From assembly GCA_002771475.1 (NCBI GenBank), contig PCTH01000051.1:1-48006 (forward strand): DNA of 48,006 nt. The letters are read 5' to 3'. Below are positions 36,078 through 43,923 of this stretch, piece after piece. Position numbers and translations under genes: made by a program. Origin of the DNA: Candidatus Omnitrophica bacterium CG22_combo_CG10-13_8_21_14_all_43_16 (GTDB lineage Bacteria > Omnitrophota > Gorgyraeia > Gorgyraeales > Gorgyraeaceae). The notes below the pieces were generated by a model. That model was not told where the DNA came from and made no database searches. It saw only the letters and a list, made by a program, of their open reading frames with translations. Every line of letters starts with the position of its first letter. Position 1 is the first letter of the stretch.

Positions 36078-37031
36078 ATGCTTAACTTTAAAAAAGATTT
36101 CAATGCAAAAATAATATCTTTAGTTGTAGTTATGGTATTTTTATTTAATAACACAACGTACGGAGAGGATCTTATTTTAAGGAAACCTCTTGATTTTCAA
36201 AAATCAAATTTGAGTAGTCTAAAACCTACAAGATATTCTAATATATACAAAAGGCTAAGAGATAAAGGCGATGATGTTTTAGAAAGGCTGAAAACTGAAA
36301 TAGATTTAATGCAATATTTTGAATCAAAAGGCATCACAATAATAGACAGAAGAGGACTTAAGAAACTCCCCTTGGATAAGTTAAAATCAATAGCTTTTAT
36401 TGTTTCTATTTTGCCAAAAGAACACCTGCCTGTAGAAATAATACTTGAACCTGACAATATATTTAATATATTTAGGTCAAAAGGAAAAGTTCCTGAGTAT
36501 GGAAAAGACAAAGGAAAGATTATTTTATATTGTAGTTCAATAAACAATCGCACAATCGAAAATACATTTTTACATGAAACTAGCCATACGCTTAGAAAAG
36601 AGGTTCAGCAACAGGTATCTTTTCATCCATCGCCACTTATCTTATTTCTGCTAAATTCTTTGATGACTAGTTTAATATTTTTTTATTTCATTGAAGGTTT
36701 AGAAGAGGCGCTTTGGTGGAGCAAAATATTTCGGTTTGGGGTTATAATACCTACTATTGTATTGATAAGGTGTTCCAACTATTTATTTGGACAAGATGAA
36801 AAATTCGCTAGATATTATGCTAACTATGTGTTACAAGGAGACAGGCTAAGAAAAGACAAAACTTACCAAAGTATGAAAGAACAGGTTTTTAATGGCATAG
36901 AATATACTTATGATTTAAACGGGAAACTTGTTATACTTTCCGATAGTGCTGCTAAACCAGCAGGGTTTAATGCAAAAGATAATGATGGAATTAACGGACG
37001 ATTAAACAGAGGAACATATAGCTATATTTAG
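36078..37031 (+). CDS. Hypothetical protein with HExxH motif and C-terminal TM helices, in an AT-rich islet
   Basis: Signal or anchor at the N-terminus, FLHETSHTL (HExxH), then two hydrophobic segments. No family is recognisable by eye. Confidence 0.45.
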   Translation: MLNFKKDFNAKIISLVVVMVFLFNNTTYGEDLILRKPLDFQKSNLSSLKPTRYSNIYKRLRDKGDDVLERLKTEIDLMQYFESKGITIIDRRGLKKLPLDKLKSIAFIVSILPKEHLPVEIILEPDNIFNIFRSKGKVPEYGKDKGKIILYCSSINNRTIENTFLHETSHTLRKEVQQQVSFHPSPLILFLLNSLMTSLIFFYFIEGLEEALWWSKIFRFGVIIPTIVLIRCSNYLFGQDEKFARYYANYVLQGDRLRKDKTYQSMKEQVFNGIEYTYDLNGKLVILSDSAAKPAGFNAKDNDGINGRLNRGTYSYI

Positions 37032-37046
37032 AGATAAGTACGCTAC

Positions 37047-38564
37047 ATGAAAATCATACCCATATTTATCCCGCACGCAGGCTGTCCGTACAGGTGCATT
37101 TACTGCGACCAGCATAAAATATCAGGCGCAGCAAAGATCCCTTCAGAAAAAGACATTAAATCCGTTATAGACAGAAATTTAAAAACTATTCCAAAACATG
37201 AAAGGGTGGAGCTTGCTTTTTTCGGCGGCACGTTTACGCTTTTGCCTGAAGCCCTCCAAAAAAAATACCTGGAAACAGTTTCCCCTTATGTAAAGAATAA
37301 AAAGATAGCCGGCATCCGCATGTCCACGCATCCCGAGGCTGTTACTGAAAAATCAATGAAGCTTTTTAAGAAAATGGGCGGATGCCTGGTGGAGCTCGGC
37401 GTGCAGTCGCTCGATGAAGAGGTTTTAAAGAAATGTAATAGGATGGTGGATTTTAATATCATCAAAACCGCCTGCCGCATTATAAAATCTTCAGGCCTTG
37501 ATCTGGGCGTGCAGGTAATGCTCGGACTTCCGGGCGACACGCTTTCGAAATCAATAGATACAGCTAAAAAACTTATTGAGCTTAGGCCAAAAACAGCTAG
37601 AATTTATCCTGCGATTGTTATAAGAGGCACAAAATTAGCCGGATTATTCAGGAAAGGGATATATAAACCGCTTTCAATGGAACAGGCAGTCCATTGGTCA
37701 GCAAATGTTTGCGATGTATTTGAAAAATCAGGCGTAAAAGTAATCCGCATAGGCCTTCATCCGTCAAAGGATTTGAATTCAAAAGGTGTTGTGCTCGCAG
37801 GGCCGTATCATCCGCGTTTCGGACAAATGGCGCGCTTGGCGCAAGCTTGGGGGAAACCTATTGCGGTTATTGACCCCGGGATGCCGGAAAAGGCAAAATT
37901 GAAATTAAAGCAGATGGGTTATTATGTTTTAGAAGTGCCTTTACATCCAAAATTAGCTCGACCTGTCAATGGCCATCCTGACATGATGATGTTTTTCTAC
38001 GGCAAAAAGGTCATTTACGAACCGAGCCTTGAAAAAATAGCAGGGCTTTTAAGAGATAATGGTTACGAATGCATTAAAGGCAAAGACATTAAATCTTTCG
38101 CCTATCCCGCGGATATTATTTATGATGCCTGTAGCCTTGGGAAAACCATAATTCGCTATAACGGTAAAATTGAAAAGCATATAGAAAATCTAAAAGCTAA
38201 ATTTATAAAAGTAAAGCAGGGATATGCGAAATGTTCTATTGTGCCTGTAGATGATAAAAGCATTATTACATCCGACAAATCTATAAAAGATATCTGGGGT
38301 AAATCCGCCTTGCTTGTAAAACCCGGGCATATAAAACTACCTGGCTACAAAACAGGTTTTATAGGCGGCGCATCAGGAGTTCATAAAGACAGGGTATTTT
38401 TTATAGGCTCTTTAAAAAATCATCCTGACGGTCTTGCGATAAGGGAGTTTATAAAAAATAGGGGAAAGAAAATAGTCGAATTATACAGCGGGCTTCTTTA
38501 CGACGCGGGCACCATTTTCTTTTTTGATACCTTGGTCAACCTGTCAGGTTACCCATCTGGGTAA
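37047..38564 (+). CDS. ELP3-like radical SAM domain fused to an uncharacterised ~215-aa C-terminal domain
   Basis: IPIFIPHAGCPYRCIYCDQ (CxxxCxxC) and ELGVQS. The C-terminal half carries GHPDMMMF, GYAKCS and GFIGGASG motifs of unknown family. Confidence 0.65.
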   Translation: MKIIPIFIPHAGCPYRCIYCDQHKISGAAKIPSEKDIKSVIDRNLKTIPKHERVELAFFGGTFTLLPEALQKKYLETVSPYVKNKKIAGIRMSTHPEAVTEKSMKLFKKMGGCLVELGVQSLDEEVLKKCNRMVDFNIIKTACRIIKSSGLDLGVQVMLGLPGDTLSKSIDTAKKLIELRPKTARIYPAIVIRGTKLAGLFRKGIYKPLSMEQAVHWSANVCDVFEKSGVKVIRIGLHPSKDLNSKGVVLAGPYHPRFGQMARLAQAWGKPIAVIDPGMPEKAKLKLKQMGYYVLEVPLHPKLARPVNGHPDMMMFFYGKKVIYEPSLEKIAGLLRDNGYECIKGKDIKSFAYPADIIYDACSLGKTIIRYNGKIEKHIENLKAKFIKVKQGYAKCSIVPVDDKSIITSDKSIKDIWGKSALLVKPGHIKLPGYKTGFIGGASGVHKDRVFFIGSLKNHPDGLAIREFIKNRGKKIVELYSGLLYDAGTIFFFDTLVNLSGYPSG

Positions 38565-38580
38565 CCTGACAGGTTGACCA
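38533..38580. terminator. Perfect 23-bp inverted repeat between convergent genes (CCTGWCAGG-core palindrome family); likely bidirectional terminator
   Basis: tggtcaacctgtcaggttaccca, then tc, then tgggtaacctgacaggttgacca. It contains the stop codon of the upstream gene (38562-38564) and abuts the stop of the minus-strand gene (38581). Confidence 0.7.
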
Positions 38581-39708
38581 TTAGCACATCACGATCTTTG
38601 CGGGTTTAAAGCCGTTGAAGTTCGGGACAGCGCTTGCGCATGAGTAAGCGCCTATGTTTTTCACATAGACCACATTACCCACATCCATCTCTGGAAGGTC
38701 TTCGCTCAGGGAAATAGTATCAAATGAATCGCACGTGGGTCCTGCCAGGGTGCTCAGGAACCTTTGCCCGCGGTTTAAAGTCCTGAATTCATATTTACAG
38801 TGGTCAAACACTATGCCGGAAAAATCCCCGTATAGCCCGTCGTTGAGATAATAATAATTTTTATTATTCCTGAAAGCCCTACCTATTACCTGCGTCACGA
38901 GTATTCCGGCTGGGCCTGCGAAAAATCTTCCGGGCTCAGCGATGAACTTCACGTTTTTATCAAAAAGCCTCTGTAATTTTTTCCTTATTGGGCTTGCCAT
39001 GCGCTCAAATGTCAGGTGGCTGTCAGCGTCAAAATGTTTTATAGGGAACCCTCCGCCTATATCCAGTATATTCAGGAATATCCCTGACTGCTTCGCTTCG
39101 CTGAAGATCACGCTGGACACCTCAAGCGCCTGTAAATAATTTTCAGCGTTGGTGCATTGCGATCCCACGTGGAAACTCACGCCCACTGGTTTTAGCCCCA
39201 GCGCCCGCGCTTTTTTGAGCAGCGATATCGACTGCTCCGGGTCCGCCCCGAATTTCAAAGAGAGCTCCACGATGCTTCCGATATTCGCCACCTTGATCCT
39301 TATGATGACTTTTGCTCCGGGGCATGCCTTTGCTATCTTGTATAATTCCGGCTCGTTGTCAAATGTCATGAGCTTTACTTTTTTCTTGCAGGCGGATCGC
39401 ATGTCTTCGTGGGACTTTATAGTGTTGGCGAAAATTATTTTGTCTGGACTTGCGCCGAGCCCCAGGACGGCATTCATCTCATTGGCGCTCGCCACATCAA
39501 AGCCTGTCCCTAATTCAATAAACTTTTTGATGATCCCTGGATACGGATTTGCCTTTATCGCGTAGTAAGGCATGACTTCGGGCAGCGCCTTGCGGAAGGC
39601 CTTGTATTGCTTCTCAAGCGCGTCCTCCTGTATGAGCATAAGAGGGGAAGAGTGCTTCTTGAGCATTTTACGTATCAAATTTTCTATGCCGCCGGATTTA
39701 TTTTTCAT
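38581..39708 (-). CDS. PLP-dependent Orn/Lys/Arg decarboxylase, alanine-racemase fold (ornithine decarboxylase-like)
   Basis: YAIKANP (PLP lysine), DIGGGFP and GPTCDSFD. I start it at MKNKSGG (39708), which gives an ATGA overlap with the upstream hss stop. Confidence 0.8.
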   Translation of the reverse strand: MKNKSGGIENLIRKMLKKHSSPLMLIQEDALEKQYKAFRKALPEVMPYYAIKANPYPGIIKKFIELGTGFDVASANEMNAVLGLGASPDKIIFANTIKSHEDMRSACKKKVKLMTFDNEPELYKIAKACPGAKVIIRIKVANIGSIVELSLKFGADPEQSISLLKKARALGLKPVGVSFHVGSQCTNAENYLQALEVSSVIFSEAKQSGIFLNILDIGGGFPIKHFDADSHLTFERMASPIRKKLQRLFDKNVKFIAEPGRFFAGPAGILVTQVIGRAFRNNKNYYYLNDGLYGDFSGIVFDHCKYEFRTLNRGQRFLSTLAGPTCDSFDTISLSEDLPEMDVGNVVYVKNIGAYSCASAVPNFNGFKPAKIVMC

Positions 39709-41159
39709 GACTGCGTTATTAAAAATGTCGTGAACTGCCACTGGTCCTTTGCTTTCGGTTTTTTAAGGCCGAGCGTCCGGAAAGTCTTATTGTAGTTCTT
39801 AAGAGGCGTCCAGTCAACTGGTATTGAAATAAAAGGCCCGAGGTACGGCCTTGAGATTTTCATTATGTCTTCGTGCGGCAGATCATCCGGAAGATTAAAT
39901 CCTTTATTCGGGTTCTCTATCATCCACCTGGCGGCAGCCACTACTGATATTGCGACCTGCAGGGTCGTGGCATTCTGGTTAGGGACGAGTTTTCTCGCCT
40001 CTTCGATATCCAAAAGGCTTCCCGTCCACCATGAATTAAAATCATGGCCCATGAGCAGTACGCCCAGCCTGTCCTCGCCTTTAGTGATCTCATTATTCAT
40101 TATCCTCTGATTTTCCTGGAGATTATACCGCCTCATCTCGAGTTCGTGCAGAGAAATTATCGCGGCGTCCGCGGGGCAATACGCGTAATGAACCGTGGGC
40201 CTGTAGATAGCCTTGCTTTTTTTATCCCATACGGTCAGCCTGTCAGATATCCCGAACGCCTCACCGTGGCGGATAACCATTCCCACTATCTCGCAGTCAG
40301 GCACCCACGATCTTACCCAGGTATTCACGCCCATGCTCTCCAGGCAGATCTGGTTTTTAGGCCCGGACTTATGGAAATACGCGCCTTCAGGGATATTTTT
40401 CTCATGAGTCCCCCAGCCCATCTCAGCTGGGGCGATCCCCTCTTCAAAAAACCCCTCGATGCTCCACGTATTTACAAATTCATCCACCTCTTTGGGCTTA
40501 TCAGAGATCTGCGTATCGCGCTCGCTTATGTGTATGACCTTGACGCCGGATGTTTTCGCGAGCGCGGGATAATTTTTATTATCCAGCGCCTCTTTCAATA
40601 TCTTTACGCGCTTATCCTTAGGTTTATCGGAAATAATTTTTTTTGCGATATCTTCCAGCGCGACTTTTGTAAAATGGGACACGAGCCCGGGATTTGCCCC
40701 GTGATCCACCACTGCCGTGGGGCCGTTATTGTCGCCCCATTTTTTTATTAGATTGCGTATCTCCATCTGCCTGACATAGAGAGTCAGGTTTCTAGGGTCT
40801 CTGACATCCATTGAATACGGGTCCCAGACCTCGACGGATGTATTTACGTACAGCACTTTGTTGTCCCTCGCCCACTGAAGTATTTCTATGCAGTCTATAT
40901 TCCACGCCAGGTCGATTATCAGGTCACCTGCGCCTGCGTATTTTTTTAAAAGAACAGGATAGTTTTTGCGGGTGACCCGTTCGATCACGTAATTTACGCC
41001 TTTATCCAGGCTGTCCTTTACGCGGTGACGGTTATCCGTAAAATCCATTATGGTAATATTTTTTGGCGGGGCGTCTATAATTTTTAATACGAGCGGTATC
41101 GCGCACTGCGAAACAGAACCGCATCCGATGACTAATATTTTTCCTGCGAACTTCATCAT
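39705..41159 (-). CDS. hss: Homospermidine synthase (bacterial Hss, saccharopine dehydrogenase-related), paralogue 1
   Basis: ILVIGCGSV Rossmann motif, DHGANPGLVSHF, HISERDTQ, VNTWSIEGF.EEG..PAEMGWGTHE, YRPTVHYAY and QNATTLQV. About 480 aa. A GGGAGG RBS precedes the ATG ATG. Confidence 0.8.
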   Translation of the reverse strand: MMKFAGKILVIGCGSVSQCAIPLVLKIIDAPPKNITIMDFTDNRHRVKDSLDKGVNYVIERVTRKNYPVLLKKYAGAGDLIIDLAWNIDCIEILQWARDNKVLYVNTSVEVWDPYSMDVRDPRNLTLYVRQMEIRNLIKKWGDNNGPTAVVDHGANPGLVSHFTKVALEDIAKKIISDKPKDKRVKILKEALDNKNYPALAKTSGVKVIHISERDTQISDKPKEVDEFVNTWSIEGFFEEGIAPAEMGWGTHEKNIPEGAYFHKSGPKNQICLESMGVNTWVRSWVPDCEIVGMVIRHGEAFGISDRLTVWDKKSKAIYRPTVHYAYCPADAAIISLHELEMRRYNLQENQRIMNNEITKGEDRLGVLLMGHDFNSWWTGSLLDIEEARKLVPNQNATTLQVAISVVAAARWMIENPNKGFNLPDDLPHEDIMKISRPYLGPFISIPVDWTPLKNYNKTFRTLGLKKPKAKDQWQFTTFLITQS

Positions 41160-41273
41160 ACCTCCCGGCAAGTTAATTTTTTATTAGGTTCATTCTATCA
41201 AAAATATTTTTTTAATCAAATAAAATTTTGCTGTGATGTTTTTAATATTAGATAACACTAACGAATACTTGAT

Positions 41274-41460
41274 AGCCCTGTCAGGCAAGTCTGAGGCACA
41301 TTAGAAAAATTTTGCCAAATGTCCGCAAGGGATTACAGCGAGCAAATGGCGGAACTGACCCTCGTCTATAATATATGAAGAATTCCGCCAAATTTGCGAG
41401 CTGTAAACCGTAGCGTACGGCAAAATTATTTCAGTGCCGAACGGCCTGCCTGACAGGGCT
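41274..41460 (+). ncRNA. Copy 2 of the ~190-nt structured element
   Basis: It shares the closing stem agccctgtcaggcaagtc/ggcctgcctgacagggct and all conserved loops. The apical hairpin and several helices are changed in a compensatory way. Confidence 0.6.
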
Positions 41461-41519
41461 GGAAACTATGCAATGTGTTGCCCTAGCATCCAAATAGTAC
41501 AAATAAAATTTTTACCGCG

Positions 41520-41548
41520 TTGACATAAATACTTAATTGTTGTAAACT
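41520..41548 (+). promoter_or_regulatory. Near-consensus sigma70 promoter for hss paralogue 2
   Basis: TTGACA (41520-41525), a 17-nt spacer, then TAAACT (41543-41548). Confidence 0.55.
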
Positions 41549-41562
41549 GTAAAAAGAAAATC

Positions 41563-43020
41563 ATGATAAAGTTCAAAAATAAAATCCTCATTATAGGCCA
41601 CGGCGCGGTAGGCAGATGCGCCTTGCCGCTTCTCGTAAAACACATCAGCGTCCCATATAAAAATATCACTGTAATAGATTTTGCCGACAAGCGCCGGGAA
41701 CTGGACCCCTGGATAAAAAAGGGCGTGAAATATTTCCAGGAAAAGATCACGCCCGTTAATATTGCCCGGACCCTTTCCAGGCACGTGTCTCCCGGCGGGA
41801 TTATCATGGACCTTGCCTGGAACATAGAATGTCTGAGCATGCTTAACTGGTGCCATGAAAATAAAGTATTGTATGTAAACACCTCCGTGGAAGAGTGGGA
41901 CCCGTTCGCCAATATCGAAAAGAAAACGCCTTACGAAAAATCCCTTTACTATAAACAGATGGAGATCTGGAAACTGATTTCCATGTGGAGCACTGACCAG
42001 AAGGCCGCGACAGCTGTGCTGGATCACGGCGCCAATCCCGGCCTCATCTCGCATTTTACCAAAAAAGGCATTATTAATATCGCAGAGAAGGTTTTAAAAG
42101 ACAGGGCTGTCCCGAAAAAGCACGAAAAGATCCTCGAACGTTTTATAAAAGAGGAAAAATTCCCTGAGCTGAGCATGAAGCTCGGCATAAAGGTAATACA
42201 CATAAGCGAACGCGACACCCAGGTAACGAACAAACCGAAACAGCTGGACGAATTCGTGGGTACCTGGAGCATAGAAGGCTTGAGAGAAGAGGGGATTGCC
42301 CCTAGCGAGATAGGATGGGGCACGCACGAGAAAGAACTGCCTGATCTGGCCAATGTCCCTGAAGTCGGCCCCAGAAACCAGATATTTCTTTCGCGCATGG
42401 GAATGAATACGTGGGTGCGCACCTGGGTTCCTTACGGCGAAACAGTCGGCATGGTTATAAGGCACGCGGAGGCCTTTACTATTTCAGACAGGCTCACTAT
42501 ATGGAGGAAAGGGAGGGCCGTTTACAGGCCTACGGTTCATTACGCTTATATGCCCTGTAACGAAACTATATCTTCTCTTTACGAGCTCAGGTGCAGGAAT
42601 TACGAATTGCAGCCCAGGATACGCATCATGAACGACGAGATCGTCAGCGGTTCCGATACCCTCGGCGCGCTTATAATGGGCCACAGGTATAATTCCTGGT
42701 GGACAGGCAGCATGCTGAGCATAGAAGAATCCAGAAAATTGGTAAAACATCAGAACGCTACTACCCTGCAGGTGGCAATAGGAGCCGTCTCAGGCGCTAT
42801 GTGGGCGATAGAAAACCCCGACCAGGGCGTATTAGAGCCTGACGAATTGCCCCACGAATACATACTAAAGATAGCCAAGCCGTATCTCGGAAAATTAATA
42901 TCAGAACCTTCAGACTGGGCCCCTTTCACAAACTACCAGGTATTCTTCAAGGAAAACCCGGACGCCTACCTCGACAACAAAGCCCCCTGGGCATTCAAAA
43001 ACTTCCTCTTCAAACCCTAA
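41563..43020 (+). CDS. hss: Homospermidine synthase, paralogue 2
   Basis: It has the same motif set as paralogue 1 (ILIIGHGAVG, DHGANPGLISHF, HISERDTQ, GTWSIEGLREEG..PSEIGWGTHE, YRPTVHYAY, QNATTLQV). By eye, roughly half the residues are identical to paralogue 1. Confidence 0.8.
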   Translation: MIKFKNKILIIGHGAVGRCALPLLVKHISVPYKNITVIDFADKRRELDPWIKKGVKYFQEKITPVNIARTLSRHVSPGGIIMDLAWNIECLSMLNWCHENKVLYVNTSVEEWDPFANIEKKTPYEKSLYYKQMEIWKLISMWSTDQKAATAVLDHGANPGLISHFTKKGIINIAEKVLKDRAVPKKHEKILERFIKEEKFPELSMKLGIKVIHISERDTQVTNKPKQLDEFVGTWSIEGLREEGIAPSEIGWGTHEKELPDLANVPEVGPRNQIFLSRMGMNTWVRTWVPYGETVGMVIRHAEAFTISDRLTIWRKGRAVYRPTVHYAYMPCNETISSLYELRCRNYELQPRIRIMNDEIVSGSDTLGALIMGHRYNSWWTGSMLSIEESRKLVKHQNATTLQVAIGAVSGAMWAIENPDQGVLEPDELPHEYILKIAKPYLGKLISEPSDWAPFTNYQVFFKENPDAYLDNKAPWAFKNFLFKP

Positions 43021-43027
43021 GCAGATT
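43006..43027 (+). repeat. Left copy of a direct repeat flanking structured element copy 3
   Basis: ctcttcaaaccctaagcagatt covers the last 4 codons and stop of hss2 plus 7 nt. It is repeated at 43263-43293 with a 9-nt insertion. Confidence 0.8.
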
Positions 43028-43068
43028 TGTAATACTTTCTATGCTAGGTTGCAGTAATTGTTTTAGCC

Positions 43069-43254
43069 AGCCCTGTCAGGCAGGCCTGAGGCACATCAGA
43101 AACGTTTCGGCATCATAGATATCTTATATGTAAGCGCGCAAGGGATTACGGCGAAGTTTTTATACTGTCAAGACTACCTTCAGTATAAAAAATGAGCCGT
43201 AAACCGTAGCGCGCGGCGAAACCAGTTTCAGTGCCGAATGGTCTGCCTGACAGG
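43069..43254 (+). ncRNA. Copy 3 of the ~190-nt structured element
   Basis: It is close to copy 1 in the core, but the closing stem is of the copy-2 type (cctgtcaggcaggcc/ggtctgcctgacagg). The first pair after the apical tandem G.A motif is changed in a compensatory way. Confidence 0.6.
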
Positions 43255-43262
43255 ACACTCTA

Positions 43263-43293
43263 CTCTTCAAATATTATAAACCCTAAGCAGATT
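43263..43293 (+). repeat. Right copy of the direct repeat flanking structured element copy 3
   Basis: ctcttcaaa [tattataaa] ccctaagcagatt. The two blocks (9 + 13 nt) are identical to 43006-43027. Confidence 0.8.
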
Positions 43294-43297
43294 ACAC

Positions 43298-43326
43298 TTG
43301 AGATATTTTAATTTTCAGGGTATATT
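43298..43326 (+). promoter_or_regulatory. Sigma70-like promoter for maf (would give a nearly leaderless mRNA)
   Basis: TTGAGA, 17 nt, then TATATT. The -10 element ends 9 nt before the ATG at 43336. Confidence 0.4.
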
Positions 43327-43335
43327 AATAGAACC

Positions 43336-43923
43336 ATGAATATCATACTGGCATCCGGTTCCAAGAGAAGGCGCGAGATACTCGCCTCCTGCGGCATAAA
43401 GCACAAGGTAGTGCCGAGCAATGCCGTGGAATACATGACTATTAGCAGGCTCCCGGAGCAGGTCGCCATGATAAACGCCCGCATAAAAGCCGAAGCAGTC
43501 GCTAAAAAATTTAAATCCGGATACGTGATAGGCGCTGACACCGTTGTGCTTTTGGGAAAAAAGATTATCGGCAAGCCCAAAAACGCCTCCCACGCCAAAA
43601 AGATGCTTAAAGAAATGTCCGGCAAAACCATTTCAGTTTACACGGGCCTCTGCGTAGTAGACGTAGAAGAAGAAAGCATTATTTCAGACTACGAAAAATC
43701 CCTCGTAACCGTTAAGAAACTTAAGACCAGAGAAATCCCCGCGTATTTTAAGCTCCTCGGGCCGTACGATAAGGCAGGCGGATTTTCTATAGAAGGAGCC
43801 GGCTCGTTTATCTTTGACGATATAAAAGGCTCTTATTTTAATGTGCTTGGGCTGCCCACAGCCAGATTAAAAGAGATGTTTGAGAAATTAGGTGTCAGTA
43901 TCCTGAAAGAAATAGGCGCGTGA
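43336..43923 (+). CDS. maf: Maf-like nucleoside triphosphate pyrophosphatase
   Basis: ILASGSKRRREIL, IGADTVV and YDKAGGFSIEG motifs. Confidence 0.85.
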   Translation: MNIILASGSKRRREILASCGIKHKVVPSNAVEYMTISRLPEQVAMINARIKAEAVAKKFKSGYVIGADTVVLLGKKIIGKPKNASHAKKMLKEMSGKTISVYTGLCVVDVEEESIISDYEKSLVTVKKLKTREIPAYFKLLGPYDKAGGFSIEGAGSFIFDDIKGSYFNVLGLPTARLKEMFEKLGVSILKEIGA

